Source: Saccostrea echinata (Eukaryota). From it: DNA of 64,000 bases. Position numbers and translations under genes: made by a program. The notes beneath the pieces are model-generated. The model searched no databases. It was not told the origin of the DNA and was given only the letters and a program-made list of their open reading frames with translations. Where the stretch lies: assembly GCF_033153115.1 (NCBI RefSeq), contig NW_026889811.1:7874001-7938000 (forward strand), read 5' to 3'. Below, in pieces: positions 1-11,755 of the stretch; position 1 is the first letter of the stretch; the number at the start of each line of letters is the position of its first letter.

Positions 1-121
1 GGTTAGTTATTCATTAAAGACAAAAGAATTGTGCCAAATTTGATTCTCATTAAGCAGTAATTTTCACTGAACACTGATATTCATAGTAACAATATTTACT
101 GAACTGTAATAAACAACTTAC

Positions 122-3100
122 AGTTACAATACAATGGGATTTGATGTTGTCAATCCAGAAGCCATTTTCCACCAAGTTTCCAGTTCTCTTCAGTAACTCC
201 TTCAACTGGTTCAGGGTGAAAGGTCGCACCAGGTTTCTGATGTGTACCACATTGGACACTGGATTTCTGGGAGGAGATGGGCTCCTTCTGGCTGCTGTTG
301 GTTCATCTGGTTCTATCAATGGTTTTGGTCTACTGATTTGTCTAATGATTTTTGGTTCTGTTTCTATCAAAATATAGAAAGCCAAAAAGAATGAAATATT
401 ACTTTCATATGTGAACATATAAATTTACACTTATTATTCTCAATAATTGTTCCTGCACCTATAAGCACAACCATGTGATTTCCAATCTGAAAACAATAAG
501 AGCCCTTCCCAAACACCCAACAGTTGCCAACTTTTCATAAAGCATATGCATTTTTTTTTTCATTTCATCTAAAATTATCCCCTAAGTTAAATTCCCTCTT
601 CTTTTTTAAAAGGCATTGTACTACATGTAAAGATATACAACGAAATCACCAATTTCCATGGGGGTTTAATTTTTGTTGTTTTCAAGGTATGAAAAGACCC
701 ACAAATTTATGTCCACCATGAAATGTAATTTTTCACATATATTATTTTTCATAAATTCTTCATCCACGAAAACAAATTCCAATGAACCTATTTTTTTGGC
801 CTCAAACCACAAAACTCTGACACCAGGAAAATGTGTCATTTTACAGTAAGAGGTTAATAAAATAATGATCCCAAATTTTCCAAGCACCCTGGGCACCTAT
901 TGGAGCAAATAGGTAAAGCTATTCCAGTAAAAACATTTCTACTGAGGTGGATAGCCCCCCTTACTTTTCTCAGGTGAGGATTCCTCTTTTTTCTCCACTT
1001 TCCTCGCCGGCTCCTCCTGGTCACCAGTGCCTTCCCCTTGCTCCTCATCTTCACTCTCCGATTCCTTCTCCTTGTTTTCATCTTCATCCACAACCTCTCC
1101 CTCTGACCGATCATCCCCTTCATCACCCTTCTCCTCATCTTCTCGCACAACCTATTGAGTCAACATCAAAATAAAACAATGGATTTAGAATTTGTTGACA
1201 ATTTAACCTTGCTTACACTGAAGCCACACTTCCTGATTGTTACATTATGCAATGTTTAATGGATGCTTAGAATTGTGATAAACTGAACAGATTTAAGCTT
1301 TTAAGCTCATGGAACTTGATGCTAAGCTTACAATTGTTCTTTGAATTTTAATCTCCTGTGGGTTTTCCTCAGGTTCATTCTCCTGATCTGAGATCCTCTC
1401 ATCTGGAAGATCCAGATCCAGGACTGGCTCGGATATAGGACTGGATTTTATGTCTGGAATCAGCTCCTGTAAAAATTACAGTTTTATAATTTTTAATTCA
1501 AGTGTTTAGCATTTTTTCTTAGGATAATTTTTGATTTACATGCAGAACTCTATGTAAAATGATACTGGTGTATTTTTTCCCCTTTTTTTGAACTAATTTT
1601 TGTTGTTGTTGTTGTTGTTTTAATTAAACAAGGTTTGAAATTTGAATAAAAAGATTCATGTATACTGCTAAACAATAACATATAGAAGGATGAACCTTGA
1701 GTGACTCTGTACTGAACTCTATACTAGACAGCCTTTTATTCTTGGCCTGGGGGGTAGTGTTGCTGCTTGACCTGGCGGATCCCCATTTCCTCTTCCGAGC
1801 CGGCTTCTCATGGGGTTCCTCTTGCTTTTTCTGGTTCTTGTCATCTGCTAATCAGTAAACAATGACATGATTATATATGAATTATGAAGGCATAAGGATC
1901 GAAAACCTGGATCATATACATGCAAGAACTTCATTGTATTTTTTTTAAATGATAAAACATATCAATCATTTTGATCCTAATGACCAAGACCTTTCATCAA
2001 GTCATTGTAAAACTGAAAGTGTCTTTTCTTTATTCAACTTTTATTTCTGTGGTCAATGCACAAGTATGAAAACAAGAAATTGAAAAGAACACAAGATATT
2101 ACAAAACATAAGAACCCTGACAATTATTTCTGTAATCTTGACATTGAAATTGGTTACAATGACCTTAAAAACTAATGATACCTTCCTTTAACATCCTCTA
2201 TCTGTAAAGAGGCTGTGATATCAGAAGCATGTAATGTATGAACCATTATTCCTTTTTCACAATGTCAAACATCTGGTTTTAGAGTAAAATTTTGAAGGAA
2301 CCATTTCAAAAATTAACTGGCACTGTATGCCAATCTAATGATCAATTTATTTTGGCATATACAGTAAAATTTGTCTAATCTCAGTAAACTGAACAATGCT
2401 GGATTCATGAAAATTGGTCCAATTAGACAAATTCTGGATTGGAGGACATTTTGAACAATTGATTTTACTGACAGGGACTTATACTTAACTTCATAATAGA
2501 CAATATTCGATTATACTCAACATCCACATTAGACAAGTTATACTGTTTTTTGTTTTTTGTTTTTTTTTTGTCATAACATTTTCTCAATGTACCAGAAAAT
2601 AAAAAAGCTGTTGAAAACCCACTTTTTTTATTTAAGAAAAAAAAATTATGTGCAAAAACCTGATGAGGGAACTGTTTGTTTTTCACTCTTTTCGTCTGTT
2701 CTCTCTTCCTGTGAAATATAATGAAATGAAATCCAACAATTAATCAAAATCACACAAAATGAATTTTTGTCAAACATGACTTTTTTACTTAAACTATTCC
2801 AAATATTTCTTTGCATATCAATTTAAACTGCCAGAATTCAAGTCATTGAAAATTCATTAACTCTGTATTACTGTGTTGATTATGTCTGGTTAAAAAATTT
2901 ACTTTAATATTAATGTTTTTCTAATTATCTTTTTTTTTAAAATTAGGCTGGTGGTGGCCCCACCAGTCATGCATCAGTGCACACTGTACAAGCATGACTG
3001 ATCATGACCTGGCCTGCTGCAACAAAAACATCACATGATTACTGAAGCAAAAATACCACCAATACTTGAGTGCTGCACTACGACTTCTGAACTATGACCT

Positions 3101-6100
3101 CAGTTAAGGGGTGATGCCAAAACAAACTAGTATTTCCAGCGTCTGATGCTATCTAGTCTACGAGCAATAGGGATGAACGAGAGAAGGGACGTTAAATCGG
3201 TGGATTCCCCCAAAAATAACGATAGTGTCCTGGCTTTGAATGTCTGTTAGACAAAGTGAACAATGATACAGTGGGTCATGTCCCAAAAACTTTACTGCAT
3301 TCACTAGACAAACAATCCAACGAAGACAGGGTCACAAAATGTAGTGTCCCAAATTATCAGTGTCCATAGTTGTTAATAACTATGAACAATCCAACGATGA
3401 CAGTTGTTATTAACTCATCCAACGATGAGACTGATGTATCCACAAAAGAAGTGGAGTTAACCATGAACATTCCAATCCCTGGTGTGGTAGTGGTCCCAAG
3501 GTGTAGCCAAAGGGTCCATAGTTGTTAATAACTATGAACAATCCATCAATGAGGCTGCATTGATCCGAAAAAAGGTGAGTAATGGAGATCACTTAATAAT
3601 CCAAGGATAGTTCACAAAATAAAGTGACAAGGGTTCATAGTTGTTAATAAACTATGAACAATCCATCGATGAGGCTGCAGTGATCCGAAAAAAGGTGAGT
3701 AACGGAGATCACTTAATAATCCAAGGATAGTTCACAAAATAAAGTGACAAGGGTTCATAGTTGTTAATAACTATGAACAATCCAATGATGATTTCAGAAT
3801 TTCTTAATGTTTGCAGTGTTTCTTGAAAATAAACAATCCAATAGCAGATCCAAAATTCATTTCTTGGTTGCTAACCTGGTGGCTTATACTTTAAGTAGAT
3901 GCCAACAAGGCAGTTTAGTACACAGATAATCCTGTATTTTTGTGTTTATGACTGGAACAATGAATAAGAACTTGGTAGAGACTGAGGATTCTGGTACAAT
4001 GAATCCTATTTCACTTTTTTTTTTTAAAAAAAAGTTCACAACATTGAGGTCAATTGCACAACACTCCTTGACTTCTTGGAATAATTTTTTTTAACAGAAA
4101 ATATCCTTCAACAATGTTGGTGTCCAATGTAGAAATCATTTCAGAATAATAAATAAATATAGGAAACTATTTACTGTATAAGGAATAAACGTCCTTCTAT
4201 AAGATTACATACATTCAAGTTTGTAGGATATAGGAATCTCATAGCTTAACTCAATATGGACTGCAAGGAGCTGGAAAATTTACGTCACTGGCTCAACATT
4301 TGGCTTTCGCTGTGATTACTTCAGTTAAAGTGTCAATATTTATTCTGCACATCCTATGACTTCCTGTTATTCAATCTTCCAGCTTTTTAACAACAGACTC
4401 AAAGTTGCATCATAGCATATACTGTTCGAATATGTTCAAAATGTCAGAAGTTACATTTCAATAACAGCAGCAACTTCTGTATGTATCTTGTGTACACCTT
4501 TATACATTACGGAGGTGTAGCCAGACAGTTTAATAACGATGTTGCCATGTGGCTTAAGACGTTGCCAGATCTATGTGGCAATTGGTTCGGAAGGCTGGGG
4601 CACAGGGCAATGGGTGGCTGTTTAACCCTACTAGGGATTTCTTAGTAGACGGCAGCACAGAGAACTGGGTCATCCACACGTCCTTCTTCTCTCAATGTAC
4701 TATGCAGTATAAAATCTTACATCTCAGAAAAAAAGTGTACAAAAAAGGAGCAATTTCCCTTCAATTATCTTACTAGCATAAATCTTCACATACACCAACA
4801 CTTCATTAAGGACCCTCTATACACTAGAGGAAAAGATCTGTTGGACACTGAGAAAATTATAGTGTGTAAAGGTGTAAATATTGAGCTTATCTATAACATT
4901 TTTAACATAGGGTACTTTGCATTTACCCCCAGGGAAAATATTCAAAGACAATTTAGTACTGATGAACAGAAATCACTGTTGTTTACGTTAGTGGGCAAAT
5001 TACCTGCTAATGAAATGTTCAATCTATTCATCTTGGCCTATTAAAATGTTATGAAGGCTTGATTTGATCACAAATTAAGTAATAAATTGTACATTTCAAT
5101 TTATTTTATTCTCAATCAAAGGGCAGCTTACTTTATCTGCATAAAAATACCACAAAATCAGAACGAACTCTTTAATGTGCAGTGTATAGAGGGCTCTTAA
5201 ACGTATATGTGTATTGGCGAAAACAAAATATGAAATCAGGTCTTTATTAAAACTTTAATATCAAAATATTTAAATAAATTAAAATGAATGTTTTCCGGGT
5301 TGTCATCTCTATAAAACTACAAATCTTTAATAGATCTTTTTTTCAGTTATATGTTCTCTGGTTTCAATGATTGAGGTCATAAACAACAGATATTCACAGT
5401 GGACCTTTTAGCTCCTTTTCTGTAGTACTCTAGGACTAATTACAGCGATAACACCTACCTTGTCTGTGGTAGATGACACAGCATCTGACGGGATTTCCCC
5501 CTCTTCCACCTCCATTGATGTATCTCTGTAAAAAAGATAACTCCTACTGAACAAACTGATCTTTTCTCTGTTAAGTAGATTACAGAAGAAGTGTTAATAA
5601 CTTGTAGTGGTAGATAAAGGTCACTTCTACAGAGAAAATTTGCACCTCTTAAGAAATGGTAATTACCATGGACACTATAAAATTAGCAACTTTTACCGGT
5701 AATGCAAATATTTGTCCATAGGAAGGAAACATGGATGGCAGCTTTGGGTATGTACATGTATATTTTTTTTTTTTCTTCCTGTGGTATAACAATAATAAGT
5801 TGGCCTGGTACATTATAAATATGAATTGTTTGTGTGACTTTGCAAAACAATTTTTTTCTTACCCTATCAGCAAGTCAGACACATCTTTTGTCTGTTTATC
5901 CTTTGATGGCTGTTCTTTTGTTGTCTACAATAGAAAAATATGTTTATACAGTGTAAATTGAAATCTTTTATTAAAGTTTCTAGTTATTCCTTGTTATAAC
6001 CAAACTTTGATCCTGAAAAATTTTAACAAAAGAATGTCTGAAAACATTTTCTATCATACACCAAAGTATTTTGTGCAAAATAAAAATCTTGATGATGCCT

Positions 6101-9100
6101 ACATTACATAGTATTCTCTAATAAACAACAAGAATATTTTGCGTCACTTACACAATCTACTTGACAAGCCAAAATTTTTTGGTATTCTCTATCAAACATC
6201 AAGAGTATTTTCCTTCACATATACAATCTTCTTGATAATGCCTAAATCTTGCAAGATCTTTAAATATTTACCTTAACCACAGACACTGTGCTACCTGGCT
6301 GCACGGGAGATGTAGACCGAGACCTGCTCCGGAACTTCTTGGGTGACCTTGACCTAGACCTGTCAGACTCTGAGTAGGATGACCTTGATGATGACCTTGA
6401 GGAGGAACTGGAAGAAGATCCCGATCTAACACTTGAAGAAGAAAAAAGCAATATTTTAAATTGAATACATTAGATGATATTATTTCTGAAACTACAGGTA
6501 TGTATTTGTCCATTTACTTTAACAGGCATGTACAGGTACCTTGATCTTTTCTTTTGCTTTCTCTTTTGATCATCATCCTCAGTGTCTGATCCAGATGATG
6601 AAGAGGATGAAGACTTCTTCCTTGATCTTCCTTCTCTCTTTTCTGAAAATTAAAAAAAAAATTAGCAAATCTTCCTTCTTGTTGAAAATCATACAGATCA
6701 AACAGCAGCGTTTTGAATTTACTTAGAAAATCTTGGTGGAAAGTTTATTCCCAACAGTGAAGAGGACTGTAACAATGATTCCCAGTCAAATAACACTTTT
6801 TGGACTATATGTGTGCGTGTGTGTGGTGTGGGAGGGGGGGTATTTCTTTTTATCTCAATTCTGTTACTGGGAGATGTAGAATTAAGCATACCCCCCCCCC
6901 CCCCCCACCAGGTAGTTTTTGCTGGAATAGCCATCACATCTTTGAGGAGGTTTTACCTTTTCTTATCTCTGCTTGCTCTTTCTCCTTAGTCTCTTTCTCA
7001 TCCTTTTCTTTGGCTACTTTTTCAGTTTTCTTTCTGGCTTCCTCCTTATCTTTAGCTTCTGTTTCAGCCTTTTCTTTTGCTGTCTCATCTGCTTTCTTTT
7101 TTGCTTCTTGTTCTGCTTTTTCATTAGCCTGTTTTTCAGCCTTCTCCTTAGCCTGTTTTTCAGCTTTCTCCTTTGCCTCTTTGTCGGCCTTTTCCTTAGC
7201 TTCTTTTTCAGCTTTTTCCTTAGCCTCTCTTTCAGCTTTTTTCTTTGCTTCTTTTTCCTTAGCCTCTTTTTCAGCCTTCTCTTTAGCCTCTTTTTCAGCC
7301 TTTTCCTTAGCCTCTCTTTCAGCTTTTTTCTTAGCCTCTTTTTCAGCCTTTTCTTTAGCCTCTATTTCAGCCTTTTCCTTAGCCTCTCTTTCAGCTTTTT
7401 TCTTAGCCTCTTTTTCAGCCTTTTCTTTAGCCTCTTTTTCAGCCTTTTCCTTAGCTTCTCTTTCAGCTTTTTTCTTAGCCTCCTTTTCAGCCTTTTCCTT
7501 AGCCTCTTTTTCAGCCTTTTCTTTGGCCTCTTTTTCAGCTTTTTCCTTAGCCTCTCTTTCTGCTTTTTTCTTTGCTTCTTTTTCAGCTTTTTCTTTAGCT
7601 TCTTTTTCTGCTTTTTCCTTGGCCTCCTTTTCAGCTTTTTCCTTAGCCTTTCTTTCAGCTTTTTCTTTTGCCTCCCTCTCAGCTTTTAATTTGGCCTCTC
7701 TTTCAACTTTTTCCTTAGCCTCTTTTTCAGCCTTCTCTTTAGCCTCTTTTTCAGCCTTCTCCTTTGCCTCCTTTTCTGCCTTTCTCTTTTCCTCTTTTTC
7801 TTTTTGGAGCCTTTCTTTTTCTTCCCTTTCAGCTTTTTTCTTTTCTTCCCTCTCCTTTGCTTCTCTGTCTGCTTTCTTTTTGGCCTCTTTTTCTGCTCTC
7901 TCCTTAGCCTCTTTTTCTTTAGCCTCTTTTTCAGCCCTTTCTTTAGCCTCTTTTTCAGCCTTTTCTTTAGCCTCTCTATCGGCTTTATCTTTTGCCTCTT
8001 TCTCAGATTTTTCAATCTCTAATCTCTTTTCTTCTTCTGCCTTTCTCTTTTCTTCTTTCTCTTTTTGTTGTTCCTAGTACCATAATATAAGAAATATCGA
8101 ATTAATATCGAAAATATTCACTGTAGACACACTGTTTATGTCATCATGAATACTAAACAAGCATAAAACCCAACAAACAAGATATATATGTTTCTGACAT
8201 TTTTGGATATTGTTATGAATCAAAAATGAGATATATGTACAGTATCTGATATTTTTTACAATGCTCTTATTAATAAAAACATTATGAGGACAAGTGTTCA
8301 GTAGGAAAATTATTTGTATCAATAAACATATAGTATACAGATTCTCTAAAGTGGATACATATATATACAGAGGGGCGCCATTGCTTCACTGAACTAAGGT
8401 AAGTACATAAATATACATGCACTTAATTTAAATTTTTCTTCTGTTGCCATTCTAAATCTGCTCAACAGTAAGCGTCCCAAACACTAGTCTTGGATGTAGC
8501 TTTTGAGGACCCAGACGGTCACCTAGAGACTATTCTACATCCCAAACTAGAAAAAAGTTTATAGTTGTGCTAATACATTTTTTGTAGAGGAAAGGAGATC
8601 TATTCAATAAAAAATGCATAACTTTGCACAGTTAAAGTCATTTTTTTTTAATTACTAACTGAAAAGTTTTCAATTTGAGTTGTACATATATTTTACTGGT
8701 ATTTTTGAAACATTATATTTGAACAATCCCAATACTTAATTCCTGTATCCACAACTTCCGTTGTTTTCTCACTTTCCTCTACTATTTCTTTAAGGTCTCT
8801 AAAAAAGCACAGCTTTATCTTGTTAATAAGAGTTCTATAAATACCTCTGCTGCAGCCACTTCCTGTGTGGAGTCTCTCGAGTCTCGGGAGGTTTTCCTCC
8901 AGCGTTTGCTTCTGGAACTTCTAGAGGATTCTGGACTTTCCTCAACAGTCTGACTGACATTTGGAGTTGTCTGTAGGGCAAATAATATTAATTTTTATTT
9001 CAAGAAGATTCATCTAGTATCTCAAAGATTGTCTTGTTCATCAATGCTTTAGATCACAAGAGAAATCTTATCGTGAAATTAAGTAATTATTGCATTTCCT

Positions 9101-11493
9101 GAGATGTCCAAATGAAAATAACAATTCACAATGTATAAGTACAGAGAAAAGTGTCTAATCCAACACCTGAGCAATTCATTTCACTGTGAACTCTGACATT
9201 CATTTTCATTCCCATTTTACTATTTTCCATGCTCATTACACTGTGTAATCTGACACCCTGTCTATTCTGACACAAAATTTGTCTACCAGTGCATGTTGGA
9301 TTAGACAGGTTTTACTGTAAAATAATGTAAAGGGAAAGACTCCATCAACAATAATGACATACTACCTTTTCTTTGACATCCCCACCATTGGATGGCTCAC
9401 CCTTCCCAGTCTCTGGAAAGCTTAGTTTGGTAGGTGTCTTTGTCGGACTTGGATCACCAAAACTCTTGGATGGACTTTTCTTGGTTGGACTTGACTCGGA
9501 CTCATCCTGCGAGTTACCAGATTCTTGACTGTCTTCTTCTGAAAACAAGAAAACAAAAAAAATGTCACATCAAAAAATTATACTTTATAGGTCATCTATG
9601 TGGCAGAACACAAGACTTTTACATTAAGAACAAGTTATGTATGCTTTTATGCAAACTTTTTTAAAGCTTTATTTTTACAGTATCAAGCATTGTTCACCTC
9701 ATTACCTGAAAATCTTTTCTTCTGTTCCACAATTAGTTCCCTTTGTTTGGCCAAATATTGTTTGATGAAGTCATTTTCTATTGCTGCACCTTCCTGTATC
9801 TTTTTATAACAATCACTCCATATTAAAACATGGACTTTTTAACATGCAAACAGCACTTTCAGTGGATTATGTAATGAATATATCTGAGATTTCCTTCTTA
9901 TGGGGACATAAACTCTGAGGATAATCATGATTAAGTTTAATGCTTGGAATTCGATCATTATAATTTTTTTTTTTTTTTCCAAAAATAGAGAATAACGGAG
10001 AATACAAAATACCTTTTGGTTTGGAACTTCATCTAAAAAACAAAACAGAATATTGAAGAGTTATAAACCTATTAATTAGAAATATTCATCTCTGTTCAAT
10101 TCATTTGAGTAATTATGGGTAATACTCCCTTAAAAAGAAAACATCCTCTGTAACTGCGGTGAAAATCTAGCACTGTGTACGAAATAGAGGATAAATCTTT
10201 AATTTAAAAAATGGTGAATTTTGGTAATCTTTCTTACCAGTTGTTTCTGCATTCTGTAGTTTCTCAAATTGATAGTGCTGAAAAATATAAATGTAATACA
10301 ATAAAAATCATAATTTATAATTGGTTCAAAAGACTAATAAAAACAAAAATTTTAACAAAATGTTCATTATTACAGTAAAACACATGTACATGTAGTGCAG
10401 CATTTGGGTCAGCGAAATTCACTTTGGTACTGGGCACGGATCCAAATACTTTTAACATACATGCTGTTGCTTTACGTGTGAACTTATTCACCATTTCTCC
10501 TTGGCTTTTTCTAAATATATATTTTTTATTTGACCAACAGCAGTCAGGAATGAGAATCTGAAGATTAATTTTAATTGGCCTTTATAGCCAAATGAAAAAC
10601 CTTCACTTTTTGCACTGTAATTTGAATACCTTTTGAAATATTATATCCCAAACGAGCTTTTATATCCCTTCTGGGCGATTGGTCCCAACCTATATAAATC
10701 AATTTTTACCAGGTTGGGACAACTCGCCCATATGGGATATAATAGCCCATTTGGGGTATAATATCCCAAATAAGATATAAATTTACAGTGCAAAAAAAAA
10801 AAAAAAAAATTATTTTGGCTATAAATATCTAAAATTCGCATCAAGTTACTTATAAAGGAATAACATTTTTAAAGGAATAACACGTTTTTCTGTATGCCCA
10901 CTGTTTAGGAGATTGATCCCGTGGAAGTTCCTAAACTTCTTGGGGATCAATCTAACAAACTGTAGGGGTGCAGAAAAACTTGCTTGCCAAAAGTTATTCC
11001 TTTTAAAGTATTTTGATGCGGATTTATGATATTTATAGCCAAAATAAAAATTTTCATTTTTTTGTACAATAAATTTATATCCCATTTGGGATATTATATC
11101 CCAAATGGGCTATTATATCCCATTCAGGCGAGTGGTCCCAACCTGTTAACGCTTTTCCTTCATAAACTTTTGTTATATTATCAATACCATTGGGGAATTA
11201 TTATATCAAAACCAACTTAAAAATAACTTCTCAATTCCCTAAGTGCACTTTCTACCACAACTACACTTAGACCAGTACTTAACGGTCATAACGCAGACAG
11301 ATCGCACACGTTTCGTTGTGAACCAATTTTACTCTCATGTGTTTTATATTAAACGCACCGCTTTAAGTCTCTCTATTAGGTCTTTCTTTGTTCCATTCTT
11401 AGGAAGCTTATTTTTGTCGCATTCCTTTTTAAGATCAACAACTCTGAGTTCATGTAGCGGTTTTCCTCCAACGGTAAAATCATCGTCCTCCAT
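122..11493 (-). CDS. ACIN1: Apoptotic chromatin condensation inducer in the nucleus (Acinus), spliced; 3' end lies beyond the left edge of the window
   Basis: Phase-consistent GT-AG exons (minus): 11493-11359 (SAP domain [45 protein letters not shown]), 10277-10238, 10032-10013, 9793-9706 ([11 protein letters not shown]), 9538-9366, 8970-8845, 8073-6957 (EK/A repeat), 6642-6540, 6431-6272 (RS-rich), 5924-5863, 5525-5459, 2708-2660, 1847-1696 (RKRKWGS...STESLK), 1466-1332 (ELIPD), 1151-965, 363-122 ([31 protein letters not shown]...[10 protein letters not shown], Acinus RRM). About 952 aa in window. Confidence 0.93.
3066..3157 (-). other. Candidate stop-containing (poison/decoy) cassette exon in ACIN1
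   Basis: Minus strand: TTTAAC branch point, pyrimidine tract GTCCCTTCTCTCGTTCATCCCTATTGCTCGTAG, then ACT AGA TAG (in-frame stop); candidate donor CAA|GTATT at 3066/3065. Confidence 0.45.
3362..3784 (-). repeat. Intronic array of four 32-33-nt palindromic repeats with spacers, in an ACIN1 intron
   Basis: GT(C/T)CATAGTTGTTAATAACTATGAACAATCCA at 3362, 3514, 3633 and 3753; spacers of 120, 87 and 87 nt. Confidence 0.9.
4810..5196. mobile_element. TTAA-flanked MITE (Kolobok-like)
   Basis: TTAA|GGACCCTCTATACACT ... AGTGTATAGAGGGCTC|TTAA; RR...YY termini. Confidence 0.7.
6957..8073 (-). repeat. Coding tandem repeat (EAKEKAEK-type, 24-nt unit) forming one ACIN1 exon
   Basis: On the + strand TTAGCCTCTTTTTCAGCCTTTTCC-like units repeat for ~1 kb; the minus frame is open and E/K/A/R-rich. 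Confidence 0.9.
10710..11144. mobile_element. MITE with ~130-bp TIRs, preceded by an extra terminal copy at ~10583-10692
   Basis: CAGGTTGGGAC...CATCAA (10710-10844) is inverted to TTGATGCG...GTCCCAACCTG (11012-11144); a third copy of the arm lies directly upstream. Confidence 0.7.
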
Positions 11494-11755
11494 GTTTATT
11501 TCCAAGCTTCCTCCGGATTTCGTCGGACTTTTCCGTAGAAAATAGGTAAAAAATTCATTCTTCTGTAAATCCATTCTAATTGCAATTAAATCGCTCTTTG
11601 ATTGATTATGCATCAGATTAATATTTTTTTCTAGTAAATTCTCTGAGTTTCATTATTTTTCTCTTTTATATTTTTCTTCGAGTGTTTCCGGAATTCATCG
11701 GCATTTCTCGGAAGACGGAAGTAGCAGACAGCTGAGACTGAATCAGCCAGGCACG
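11494..11755. promoter_or_regulatory. Bidirectional promoter shared by ACIN1 and VPS9D1
   Basis: Divergent ATGs 262 bp apart. Locally CpG-rich, with ETS-type cores TTCCGGAA (~11686) and tandem CGGAAG (11708-11721). Confidence 0.7.

Noticed and set aside
633-845. Several short TACAGT...ACTGTA-bounded segments (also ~2359-2470, 9138-9318, 19588-19793, 20531-20709)
   Set aside because: Probably old Tc1/mariner-type MITE remnants; ordinary, with boundaries too uncertain to list individually.
3362-3784. CRISPR array interpretation of the palindromic repeat-spacer block
   Set aside because: Located in a eukaryotic intron, no cas genes, spacers are 87-120 nt and two are near-identical duplicates.
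3311-3840. Tra/Tra2 13-nt element similarity of AACAATCCAACGA
   Set aside because: Imperfect match and on the non-transcribed strand.
6800-8077. 425-aa and 238-aa hydrophobic (S/F/A/L) ORFs on the + strand
   Set aside because: Antisense shadows of the E/K/A repeat exon of ACIN1, which has matching splice sites and phases on the minus strand.
8736-8798. Purine-rich 63-nt exon-like segment ([20 protein letters not shown]) in ACIN1
   Set aside because: Open only in phase 2 while its neighbours are phase 0, and the upstream intron would be just 46 nt. Left out of the model; unresolved without transcripts.
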